A stretch of 64,000 nucleotides of DNA from an uncultured virus (IMG/VR IMGVR_UViG_3300001589_000005) (lineage: Duplodnaviria > Heunggongvirae > Uroviricota > Caudoviricetes), in IMG/VR virus record IMGVR_UViG_3300001589_000005, positions 1 to 64,000 of that record, one strand, 5' to 3'. This document shows positions 1 through 8,076 of the stretch, in pieces. The translations under genes and the position numbers were made by a program. The notes under the pieces were generated by a model, which saw nothing but the letters and a program-made list of their open reading frames with translations, searched no databases and had not been told where the DNA came from. Numbering within the stretch: position 1 is the first letter of the stretch; each line of letters starts with the position of its first letter.

Positions 1-216
1 TGGTCTAACGATTATATTATAGAATTAGGAGAACATTTTGGATTTGCAACAAAGTTTGATGGGATTGGTGATACCGACTATCGAAAGATGACTCGTAAAC
101 ACTATAACATACAACAGAAAGCACTAAAGTACAGAAAACAAAAACATGGTATAATTGAAGAGGAGAATCCTAAAAGGGTTGTATGGAGATGGAGTAGATC
201 TTCCAATAGAGTATGA
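1..216 (+). CDS. 3' end of hypothetical protein (partial)
   Basis: Open frame 1 (WSNDIIIELG...SSNRV*) whose stop overlaps the ATG at 213 (ATGA). Confidence 0.6.
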   Translation, partial: WSNDYIIELGEHFGFATKFDGIGDTDYRKMTRKHYNIQQKALKYRKQKHGIIEEENPKRVVWRWSRSSNRV

Positions 217-1289
217 ATAAAAGAATAGTAACACAAAGCAATAGACCACAACACTTCTTTACAATTCACTGGAATGTGGGTAAAAGATGCAATTACGATT
301 GTGCTTATTGCCCAGACAATCTACATGACTATACATCAGCGCATCGTAGTCTAGAAAGTTTCCAAGAAATCTTTAGAAAGATTGAACCAGANATACCAAG
401 NAATCTGGATATCAAGATATGGTTTACTGGTGGTGANCCAACAATCAATCCANACTTNCTGCCGTTTGTCAAGTGGTTGAAAACAGAATACCCAAAACGG
501 GCAACAAACTTAGGACTCAATAGTAATGGTTCAAGACTACCAAAGTATTACAAAGAATTGTCAGAGTGGGTAGAAAAGATACAGTTCAGTTCACATTTTG
601 GGTTTCTAAAGTTAGACAAATTCAAGGATGTCCTATCTGCATTACCACTAAAAAAATTCAGTGTCAATCTTATGGCAGAGCCAGAATATTGGGATACAGT
701 ACAAAACATTGTAGAGTTTTGCGAGAAAGGACAAATCAATCATCATCTAAAGAGAATACGAACCAAGAGCACATGGGATTCCGACAATCGTAAGTACGAC
801 CCATTCTATACACCAGAGCAGATACAGTGGTTAGAGAAACGAGAACATGCTCAATCATATGATGAGATTGGTGAGAGATTTGACCAACCAGACATGCTTG
901 CCTACTATAATGAAGTAGACGAACCAAAGGAAGAGTGGGCAAACAATATGATTACACGACAAGAGGACAATTTTAACGGTTGGCTGTGTGGTATAGGGTT
1001 AGAAGGGTGTCAGATAGATCAATACGGCAACATACAACGAGGAGTATGTAAGATAGGTGGTTCTTATGCAAATATAGAGGACAAAAAGATTACGCTGCCC
1101 AGGAATTTTGTGACATGCACAAAGATACGCTGTAGTTGTGTAGCAGATAACAAATGCACACGATATAAGGATAAAGAGACACGAAAACAAATGCAACCAG
1201 AGGTTATGTACAACATCCAGAAAAAACTGGCCGAATCAAAGCGAATCGGTGAACGTAAAGTGTCCATATTAGATAAATACAACTACTAA
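213..1289 (+). CDS. radical SAM protein with Cys-rich SPASM/twitch-like C-terminus
   Basis: CNYDCAYC (CxxxCxxC), FTGGxPT and NSNGS motifs; C-terminal C..GLEG...C...C...CSC..D. Confidence 0.88.
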   Translation: MNKRIVTQSNRPQHFFTIHWNVGKRCNYDCAYCPDNLHDYTSAHRSLESFQEIFRKIEPXIPXNLDIKIWFTGGXPTINPXXLPFVKWLKTEYPKRATNLGLNSNGSRLPKYYKELSEWVEKIQFSSHFGFLKLDKFKDVLSALPLKKFSVNLMAEPEYWDTVQNIVEFCEKGQINHHLKRIRTKSTWDSDNRKYDPFYTPEQIQWLEKREHAQSYDEIGERFDQPDMLAYYNEVDEPKEEWANNMITRQEDNFNGWLCGIGLEGCQIDQYGNIQRGVCKIGGSYANIEDKKITLPRNFVTCTKIRCSCVADNKCTRYKDKETRKQMQPEVMYNIQKKLAESKRIGERKVSILDKYNY

Positions 1290-1322
1290 AAACGCTGTAA
1301 AATCAACGCCTAAAATTAGGGG

Positions 1323-1351
1323 TTGACAAAGCCCTATAATCGTGTTATAGT
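1323..1351 (+). promoter_or_regulatory. sigma70-type early promoter
   Basis: TTGACA-17 nt-TATAGT with extended -10 TG, upstream of ORF 1385. Confidence 0.8.
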
Positions 1352-1384
1352 ATATACATAATCAATGATGAGAGAGAAAAAAAT

Positions 1385-1756
1385 ATGGCTTATGTATCAC
1401 AAACCGATAAAAAAGAACTGTCAATCGGTATAAAAAAAGTTCTTAAAAAGTACGGTATGAAAGGTAATATTGGTGTTAGAAACCATATGAGTTTGTATGT
1501 TGATATTATGTCTGGGCCGATGACGTTCAAACATTCACATGGTGACGATTATAGTCAAGTAAATGTGTATCACATTGACTCACATTATGAAGGTATTCAG
1601 AAGAAATTTCTAAATGAGTTACTTGCCGAGATGAAAGGTACTAAGTATTTTAATCACGATGATGCGATGACCGACTATTTTCATAGATCACATTATACCG
1701 ATATTAATATTGGTAAGTACAATAAACCATATACTGTAATGAAAGAGGCTGCATAA
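1385..1756 (+). CDS. hypothetical phage early protein
   Basis: 123-aa ORF directly after early promoter; TAATG coupling to next ORF. Confidence 0.8.
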   Translation: MAYVSQTDKKELSIGIKKVLKKYGMKGNIGVRNHMSLYVDIMSGPMTFKHSHGDDYSQVNVYHIDSHYEGIQKKFLNELLAEMKGTKYFNHDDAMTDYFHRSHYTDINIGKYNKPYTVMKEAA

Positions 1757-2115
1757 TGACACAGATTAAAAAACAATTTGATAATGTAATGGATGGTATA
1801 GACAATATGTTGAATGCCGCTGCATATGATTATTCACTAGGTGGTTATACACATAGGACGCCAGATGATTTTCGTGAAAAATTTATGATTAAAGAAGGAC
1901 AAAAATATATTAAGATTGGTCGTGTATCCGACCACACACAAGGCCGTATGGGTCAAGTATGGGGATTTGTAGTCAATACAGATACAGATTCAAAATTTAA
2001 AAAGGGTGACTTACTTAAAGCTGCAGGATTTAATGCTCCTGCTCGTAACGCCGCTCGTGGTAATGTTCTAGAAGGGGGTTTCGGTATACGCTGGACTGGG
2101 CCTCTTTATCTTTAA
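1756..2115 (+). CDS. conserved hypothetical T4-like phage protein
   Basis: KYIKI...VWGFV...GDLLKAAGFNAPARNAARGNV motif recognised from marine myovirus early proteins. Confidence 0.75.
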   Translation: MTQIKKQFDNVMDGIDNMLNAAAYDYSLGGYTHRTPDDFREKFMIKEGQKYIKIGRVSDHTQGRMGQVWGFVVNTDTDSKFKKGDLLKAAGFNAPARNAARGNVLEGGFGIRWTGPLYL

Positions 2116-2136
2116 TCAGCGAAACAAGGAAACTAC

Positions 2137-2391
2137 ATGAAAAAACCTATGTACAAGACTAACATCTTTGTAAATACAGATCGTACCTTTTTTGAAGGAC
2201 TGCTACATCAGATAGGATTTGTAACAAAGGAGTCTAAGATACCACATATGAAAAAGCGCCAAGCGCTAAAACAATGTGTATCCTATACTGCACCGACAGA
2301 GAAAGAATCTGTGGATAAAGCGCTAGAGGCATTTGCCAATAAGGGTAAAAAGGCGTCTGATCTCTTTCATATGGAAACAATACAAATATGA
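2137..2391 (+). CDS. hypothetical protein
   Basis: 84-aa ORF with AAGGA SD. Confidence 0.7.
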   Translation: MKKPMYKTNIFVNTDRTFFEGLLHQIGFVTKESKIPHMKKRQALKQCVSYTAPTEKESVDKALEAFANKGKKASDLFHMETIQI

Positions 2392-2573
2392 TTGAGTGGT
2401 GGATGTTCGGCACATATTTAGCCGGTTCAGTTGTGACTTACTATTTGTGGGTAATCAAACCACAAGCAAATGTTATTGAGGTAACAATAGATAAGTTAAT
2501 TGCCGATGGATTCTTACGCTCTAAGGTAAGTAAGGATGGTGTTGTTGAAATTTTGAAGTGGAATGAGAAATGA
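2388..2573 (+). CDS. small membrane-anchored hypothetical protein
   Basis: N-terminal hydrophobic segment; ATGA overlaps on both sides. Confidence 0.7.
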   Translation: MIEWWMFGTYLAGSVVTYYLWVIKPQANVIEVTIDKLIADGFLRSKVSKDGVVEILKWNEK

Positions 2574-2791
2574 GATATTTAAAAAATCATTGGGATTACG
2601 ATATCCTTGGAATGGATAGTCCAGATTGGCCACTCGCTCTTCTGGATGAGAACTTAGCGGCAACTCGTCAAAATAACGTAAATGAGACTATTGGTATGTG
2701 TAGCACAGAATGGTCTACAAAGTATTGGAATAATGTGCTAAAAGCGTTAATCATAAAATATGGCAATAAATTAAATGTTTCAATTAATTAA
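2570..2791 (+). CDS. hypothetical protein
   Basis: 73-aa ORF coupled to upstream ORF. Confidence 0.65.
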   Translation: MRYLKNHWDYDILGMDSPDWPLALLDENLAATRQNNVNETIGMCSTEWSTKYWNNVLKALIIKYGNKLNVSIN

Positions 2792-2864
2792 ATGGTGTCT
2801 ATACGCTTTCCTAATTTGGTGGTTGATATGGATTACATATACTGCCGCGCTAATAATGGCATAA
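2775..2864 (+). CDS. small hydrophobic peptide (29 aa)
   Basis: Manually translated MFQLIKWCLYAFLIWWLIWITYTAALIMA*; fills the gap before the epimerase. Confidence 0.45.
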   Translation: MFQLIKWCLYAFLIWWLIWITYTAALIMA

Positions 2865-2873
2865 ATAGTTAAA

Positions 2874-3638
2874 ATGCGAATACTTATCACTGGACATAGG
2901 GGTTTCATCGGAAGCGCGCTCATGGATGCGCTAAAGGACGACCACGATATCGCTGGACTAGATTCTGCAAGACCTACACCTAATCAAATAACCGACCATC
3001 AATGTATTACGAAAGCACCATTGCCGAATGATATAGATATGGTGATTCACCTTGCTGGTATAGGGGGTGTAAGAGAGTCAATAAATCGCCCTGCTGACTA
3101 TTGGAAAACAAATGTTGAGGGTACAAAACGTATACTAGAACATTATAAGCACATAAGATGCCTAGTTGCATCAAGTAGCACAGCATATGAGCCACATCTA
3201 AATCCATATGCTGCGAGTAAGTATGTAGCAGAATCAATACCACATAAGAACGTAGTATTCATGAGGTTTCACACCGTATATAGTAGCACGCCCAGAAAGG
3301 GTATGCTATTTGATAGATTAATAAACAATGAATTAGAATATACAACAAATCACAGAAGAGACTTCATACATGTAAACGACATATGCAGTGCTATAAAGAA
3401 ACTCATAAAACATCACCATATCAAGGGAGTAGTAGACATAGGTACAGGCACTAACATATCAATACAAGATATACGCCCAGACCTACCATGCCATACAATA
3501 GAACAGTACCCAGAGATGGCATATGAGAGACATACGACCCTTGCTGACATTCGTACTATGAAGAGTATAGCGTGGAAACCTACTATAAAGGTCAAGGATT
3601 TCATAAGAAAGAATAGACTAGCGGAAAAGAATGGGTAA
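2874..3638 (+). CDS. NAD-dependent epimerase/dehydratase (extended SDR)
   Basis: MRILITGHRGFIGS (GxxGxxG), HLAG, YAASK (YxxxK), RDFIHVND. Confidence 0.92.
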   Translation: MRILITGHRGFIGSALMDALKDDHDIAGLDSARPTPNQITDHQCITKAPLPNDIDMVIHLAGIGGVRESINRPADYWKTNVEGTKRILEHYKHIRCLVASSSTAYEPHLNPYAASKYVAESIPHKNVVFMRFHTVYSSTPRKGMLFDRLINNELEYTTNHRRDFIHVNDICSAIKKLIKHHHIKGVVDIGTGTNISIQDIRPDLPCHTIEQYPEMAYERHTTLADIRTMKSIAWKPTIKVKDFIRKNRLAEKNG

Positions 3639-3660
3639 TCATGGGATATTATGGGATTAT
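3631..3660. repeat. three 10-bp-phased ATGGG direct repeats
   Basis: atgggtaatc / atgggatatt / atgggattat at 3631, 3641, 3651. Confidence 0.55.
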
Positions 3661-3776
3661 CGGACACTTTAATTAAATGGCAGAATAAACATATAGTTGT
3701 TGTGATTAAAGTCTGCAAGAGACCGAATTTTCTCTGAGAGCTTCCAAAAATAATACAGAATAAAACAAAAAAACAC

Positions 3777-3805
3777 TTGACAAGCGCTCCACATGTGTGT
3801 ATAAT
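3777..3805 (+). promoter_or_regulatory. sigma70-type promoter (perfect consensus)
   Basis: TTGACA-17 nt-TATAAT with TG extension and upstream A-tract. Confidence 0.85.
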
Positions 3806-3906
3806 AGTACTTGTATGCCCATCAGAATAACTATAGTAGCTACTAAGAGTAGCCTTAGAGATGCACAAACAGAGAGTATTCTCTCTGGCAGCCGCTGAGA
3901 AAGTAC

Positions 3907-3935
3907 TTGACATTAGCCGCTAAGTGTGGTAGTAT
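3907..3935 (+). promoter_or_regulatory. sigma70-type promoter
   Basis: TTGACA-17 nt-TAGTAT with TG extension. Confidence 0.7.
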
Positions 3936-3941
3936 AAAGAG

Positions 3942-4031
3942 AATCAGAAGAGAGCTACTCATTAAGGTGGGTTGGTTGACAGAGAAAGTTCCATAATGAT
4001 GGTGTCATGATGTGTTGAGTAGCTCTCTGAT
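3942..4031 (+). ncRNA. candidate structured small RNA
   Basis: Perfect 13-bp inverted repeat AGAGAGCTACTCA (3949-3961)/TGAGTAGCTCTCT (4016-4028) enclosing nested TGACA/TGTCA and CCAT/ATGG stems, starting just after promoter 3907-3935. Confidence 0.45.
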
Positions 4032-4120
4032 GTTCCCTACCAGCTAGCATAAGGGGGGGTTAAAACTCAGCGGCCTTGGGGCAATCTATAAATGCAATAG
4101 TAGGTACTTAAAGAATTTAC

Positions 4121-4149
4121 TTGACATTTGCTTCATTGTGTGGTATGCT
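4121..4149 (+). promoter_or_regulatory. sigma70-type promoter
   Basis: TTGACA-17 nt-TATGCT with TG extension, upstream of ATG 4181. Confidence 0.75.
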
Positions 4150-4180
4150 GATTCGTATAATGATGATGAAAGGTTTTACA

Positions 4181-4411
4181 ATGAAATACAAATCTACAAT
4201 TTATGTTACTAATCAACTTGGTAAGGGTAAGTTTGAACTTATAGATGCTTTAGGAAATACTGAAAAGGAATCATATGATAATGTGATACACTCTTTTGAG
4301 TCTAAAGAATATTGGAAACATTCCAATACAGTTTGGATTACTGCCAATGATATAGTATGTATTGAAACAGAGTATGTTCCCCAAAGATATACTGCAACGG
4401 AGATGGTGTAA
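4181..4411 (+). CDS. hypothetical protein
   Basis: ORF 4121..4411; start moved to ATG 4181 because the track start lies in the -35 box. Confidence 0.7.
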   Translation: MKYKSTIYVTNQLGKGKFELIDALGNTEKESYDNVIHSFESKEYWKHSNTVWITANDIVCIETEYVPQRYTATEMV

Positions 4412-4566
4412 TGAAATACAAAGGTGCAACTACTCATCTTGAAAAAGAGAGAAAGTTTCTAGGTCTGACTTGGAAAGAATTATTGATATTCATAGAACGT
4501 AATCCCTATGCTTTTCCTAATAAGACTATAGAGGCGTATAATATTTACAAAGGTTATATTGTATGA
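4411..4566 (+). CDS. hypothetical protein (51 aa)
   Basis: Manually translated MKYKGATTHLEKERKF...KGYIV*; TAATG and ATGA coupling on both sides. Confidence 0.65.
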   Translation: MKYKGATTHLEKERKFLGLTWKELLIFIERNPYAFPNKTIEAYNIYKGYIV

Positions 4567-4826
4567 ATTATGATTTCAAAAGTATGACCCCTACATATAC
4601 TAAGGATTGGTATGTTAAGTGGTTCTCTTCTATATTATTAATTATCGCACAGGCACTGACCTCTGTGGGTGGATTAGATCCTATCAATCTAATCTTCTTT
4701 TGGTTTGGTCTGTTAGGTTGGTTGATTGTAGGATATTGGTGGAATGATCGTGCATTAATTTTTATCAATGGTGTTGGGTTATTCATTAACACTAGTGGTA
4801 TAATGAAACATTACTTAGGAGCATAA
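4563..4826 (+). CDS. small integral membrane protein (DUF6552-like)
   Basis: DWYVKWFSS...W..VG..WNDRALIFIN; three hydrophobic segments. Confidence 0.65.
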   Translation: MNYDFKSMTPTYTKDWYVKWFSSILLIIAQALTSVGGLDPINLIFFWFGLLGWLIVGYWWNDRALIFINGVGLFINTSGIMKHYLGA

Positions 4827-4827
4827 T

Positions 4828-5181
4828 ATGAGTGGTATGCATTTACTTCCAGCATATTGGAATACAAACAATCACAAAAAGCGTAAGAAGAAAAGAGTTA
4901 CGGAGAAAATGGCTGCCGCTATTGCAGAACATGAGAAGTATCTCAAACGTATGGGATACGACCCTAGTTCCAAAGCAAAGGCCCCACCCCCCAAAACTGA
5001 GCGTGTTTCAGTTGCACTACCCCAAAAAGATATATCCGAATATGATTGGAGTCCTTGTCTAAGGGGTCAGAAGTATACATTAACTAAATCTTATAACATA
5101 GGACAGGCGTACAATAAGGGTGGTCTGGTTGTTCTATCAGAGAAGGAAGCATCAGATGCCAGTACTGGAAAAAGACGTTAA
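4828..5181 (+). CDS. conserved hypothetical basic protein
   Basis: MSGMHLLP...IGQAYNKGG motif. Confidence 0.75.
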   Translation: MSGMHLLPAYWNTNNHKKRKKKRVTEKMAAAIAEHEKYLKRMGYDPSSKAKAPPPKTERVSVALPQKDISEYDWSPCLRGQKYTLTKSYNIGQAYNKGGLVVLSEKEASDASTGKRR

Positions 5182-5794
5182 GACTTTCGATGTAGTCTCA
5201 GCAGGGGTCAAACCTCAAAAACGGTTTGAGAAGTATTATCGGAAAGGTTTCGGAACGGAGAACGTAGGCCCGTTTCTTGCGAGTATGATTCGTATGGTAC
5301 GTCCTCAGCGAATACTGGAAGTGGGAGTTGGGTATACGACTCCGTTTATTGCCGAGGCGATAGAACAGAACTTTCAAGTAGACTTTGATGGTAATCACGA
5401 TATGGATTACTACGAGAAACCTTATGATCCTCGTTATGTAATTGTAGATGATATGTCGCTCGGTCGGGTCGAAGTGCCACAGAGAAATTGGATAGAATTA
5501 ATTGACGGTAAGTTTCAAGGTATGCGAGAATGGATAGAACCGAAGTATGGTAAGTTTGATTTCGTATGGTTTGATTGTGGTGGGCCGCCAGAGTATGAAC
5601 AGTTTATGAAAGAGTATTGGGATTTGTGTTCTGAATATGTGTTCTTTCACTTTACTTACTTTAGAGGACAACCAAATAAGAACATGGATGCGATACTAAA
5701 TAATGCGACTGGCAATGCATATCGTATGGATATTGTAGAACCAAATAAGTTTCGTCAAGGAAGTATAACTATGTTAAGGAAAGTGAATGATTGA
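5156..5794 (+). CDS. class I SAM-dependent methyltransferase
   Basis: RILEVGVGYTT motif I; FDFVWFDCG; likely start ATG 5156. Confidence 0.75.
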   Translation: MPVLEKDVKTFDVVSAGVKPQKRFEKYYRKGFGTENVGPFLASMIRMVRPQRILEVGVGYTTPFIAEAIEQNFQVDFDGNHDMDYYEKPYDPRYVIVDDMSLGRVEVPQRNWIELIDGKFQGMREWIEPKYGKFDFVWFDCGGPPEYEQFMKEYWDLCSEYVFFHFTYFRGQPNKNMDAILNNATGNAYRMDIVEPNKFRQGSITMLRKVND

Positions 5795-5888
5795 TCCAAA
5801 TGGAGATTCTAGAAAATATCTTGTATTAACAATTCTAGTCATAACGGTGTTAATCTGTATGAAGATGGCTGGTGCAAGTGGTCTATGA
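5787..5888 (+). CDS. small membrane peptide (33 aa)
   Basis: Manually translated MIDPNGDSRKYLVLTILVITVLICMKMAGASGL*; AAGGA SD; overlaps neighbours. Confidence 0.5.
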   Translation: MIDPNGDSRKYLVLTILVITVLICMKMAGASGL

Positions 5889-6022
5889 TTAGTTTTTTTG
5901 TAAAGTTTTATTTAATATGTGGTCTTATCTATACTACGGTAATATATAATGATGACATGCGAACACAACGTGCTATGATGAGAGGACGGCCTAGTGAAGA
6001 ATGGATGAGAGTTGGCGAATGA
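5885..6022 (+). CDS. small membrane peptide (45 aa)
   Basis: Manually translated MISFFVKFYLICGLIYTT...MRVGE*; ATGA overlaps on both sides. Confidence 0.5.
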   Translation: MISFFVKFYLICGLIYTTVIYNDDMRTQRAMMRGRPSEEWMRVGE

Positions 6023-6309
6023 AGAAACCTTACCTTACAAATCCTAACATGTTAGTTCCTTATTACTTAATGTTATCATATTGTTATTACAAAGAAAACG
6101 AAAGTCTAATAGACGATACAGAATATGACCAGATATGTAGAGAACTTATAGAGAAATGGGATACAATAGAACACTGGCACAAACCATTACTTGATTTAGA
6201 ATCACTTAAAGCAGGAACTGGATACAATATTAAATATCCCCAAAGAGTTGTACAAGCTTCTTTATCACTCTTAAAAGAATCTCAACTAAGACCTACGGAG
6301 ATGGATTGA
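6019..6309 (+). CDS. stand-alone NAD-dependent DNA ligase subdomain Ia-like protein
   Basis: SYCYYKENESLIDDTEYDQICREL resembles LigA Ia YY-x-d-p-ISD-eYD-L; no adenylation domain. Confidence 0.6.
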   Translation: MKKPYLTNPNMLVPYYLMLSYCYYKENESLIDDTEYDQICRELIEKWDTIEHWHKPLLDLESLKAGTGYNIKYPQRVVQASLSLLKESQLRPTEMD

Positions 6310-7019
6310 TGAACAATATGATAAAATCACCCTTTAAACAACCATGGCACTTTGATAAATTCAGAGAAGATAAAGAAGGCGAATATTCCAAGTGTTTTGG
6401 TCACTTTGTTGGTGATTGGACAGAAGATATAATTACCGCTAGAGAGATGGGAGATATGCCCCAAACAGATAATAATTTTTTGGGTGACTTTGATTCGCCC
6501 CAATTGGCCAAACAAAGAAAAGCATATGAGAATAATCAAATGAAGGATATTGTTCTATATAATAATGCCGATGGAATAGATTACTTTAATATGCTTCCAG
6601 TATTTGAAAATATGATCTCTACACTACAGTTGAATAGAGAACAGAAATTAGGATGCAGATTTAATGACTTGTATCCTAACGATCAACTTATGTGGCACAT
6701 TGATAAGTATAAGGGGAAAGGTGAACTTAATAAGAGTACACTTGATGACCCTAATTTTAAATATAAACCAAGTGATAGGATACGATTCTTAATTATGTTA
6801 GAAGATTGGGAGCCAGGACAGATACTACAGTTTGGTAATAGAACATACACACAGTGGCGTGCTGGTATGGTAATGTGTTGGGAGTGGTCAACTCTTCCTC
6901 ATTGTGTATTGAACGGAAGTTGGAAACAAAGACCTGCTCTACAGATTACAGGCGTTATGACAGATAAGACAATAGAGATTATCAAAGAAGGAAATTCAGA
7001 AACAATTTATAATGTATAG
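6309..7019 (+). CDS. cupin/2OG-Fe(II) oxygenase-like protein
   Basis: WHID (HxD) ... DWEPGQ ... LPH..LN ... RPALQITG. Confidence 0.6.
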   Translation: MNNMIKSPFKQPWHFDKFREDKEGEYSKCFGHFVGDWTEDIITAREMGDMPQTDNNFLGDFDSPQLAKQRKAYENNQMKDIVLYNNADGIDYFNMLPVFENMISTLQLNREQKLGCRFNDLYPNDQLMWHIDKYKGKGELNKSTLDDPNFKYKPSDRIRFLIMLEDWEPGQILQFGNRTYTQWRAGMVMCWEWSTLPHCVLNGSWKQRPALQITGVMTDKTIEIIKEGNSETIYNV

Positions 7020-8076
7020 CGGAAAACCTTTAAAGGTTCATATAGAATTATCTAACAAGTGTAATGCCATGTGTCCACAGTGTGGTAGAAACACTTCTGC
7101 TAATGGTGAATTAAGATTACAGGCTGGTATGCAAACTACAGAACTTAGACTTGAAGATATAGAAAGAATCTTTGATGATGAGTTTTGGAACACACACAAA
7201 ATATCGAATGTAAGATTTGTCGGAAACTATTCTGACCCTATCGCAACTAAAGATTTACATGAGATTGTAGAGTTCTTTATATTTAATAATCCAAAGATAA
7301 TACTTAATGTTACTACTAACGGAAGTTTAAAGACAGAAGAATGGTGGTATCATTTCGGAAGTATGTTTAATAACAAAAATCGTAGAGTTGTGTTTGCACT
7401 AGATGGTACAGATAATATTACACATGCATTGTATAGACATAGAACAAACTACGATAAGATTATACGAAATGCAAAATCATTTATATCCGCTGGTGGTAAT
7501 GCAGAATGGTCTTTCTTAGTGTTCAAACATAATGAACATCAACTAGAAGAAGCAAAGAGATTATCGGAAGAGTATGGATTCAAAAAATTTATTTCTGTGT
7601 ATACCACAAGATTTCACAATGGTAAAGGATACAAAAAATATAAGTTAGATGGGGTGGATTATAAATTAGAAGAGACAACAACAAAGGAGATGCCAAACCT
7701 TTCTACAATACCTTGGCCGCCAGAGAACCTAGATATATCGTGCAAAGCTTTACAAGATGACTATGAAGAGATATTTGTAAACTACACTGGTGAGATAGTT
7801 CCTTGTTGTTGGGTTGGTGCTTCAATACACAGATGGAGAACCAAAGATACTTATTTCAAACCATCGTATCCAGTTGAGGAAGATGGACTTATAGGTGAGA
7901 TACTAAAAGACGATTCACATGATGCAATAAAATATGGTGCAACAAAAGTCATGACTAATCAGTGGTTTACTAAACTAAAAGAATCTTGGGTTGACAAACC
8001 ATGCAGAGTATGTTATCGTGTCTGTAATAAAAAAATAAATTTACTAAAAGAGAAGAGGACGGAAGAATGGGTTTAA
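7012..8076 (+). CDS. radical SAM/SPASM protein
   Basis: CNAMCPQC, TTNGS, ALDG; C-terminal GEIVPCCW...CRVCYRVC. Confidence 0.9.
   Translation: MYSGKPLKVHIELSNKCNAMCPQCGRNTSANGELRLQAGMQTTELRLEDIERIFDDEFWNTHKISNVRFVGNYSDPIATKDLHEIVEFFIFNNPKIILNVTTNGSLKTEEWWYHFGSMFNNKNRRVVFALDGTDNITHALYRHRTNYDKIIRNAKSFISAGGNAEWSFLVFKHNEHQLEEAKRLSEEYGFKKFISVYTTRFHNGKGYKKYKLDGVDYKLEETTTKEMPNLSTIPWPPENLDISCKALQDDYEEIFVNYTGEIVPCCWVGASIHRWRTKDTYFKPSYPVEEDGLIGEILKDDSHDAIKYGATKVMTNQWFTKLKESWVDKPCRVCYRVCNKKINLLKEKRTEEWV

Noticed and set aside
3413..3913. 166-aa minus-strand ORF across the intergenic region
   Set aside because: Overlaps the epimerase antisense and runs through promoters; no motif and atypical composition
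3942..4031. Retron msr/msd, tRNA or simple terminator interpretation of the inverted repeat
   Set aside because: No reverse transcriptase in the window, no cloverleaf or T-loop motif, and a 54-nt interior with no U-tract
4121..4180. N-terminal extension of ORF 4121 from the TTG start
   Set aside because: The TTG is the -35 box of a promoter; ATG 4181 is the plausible start
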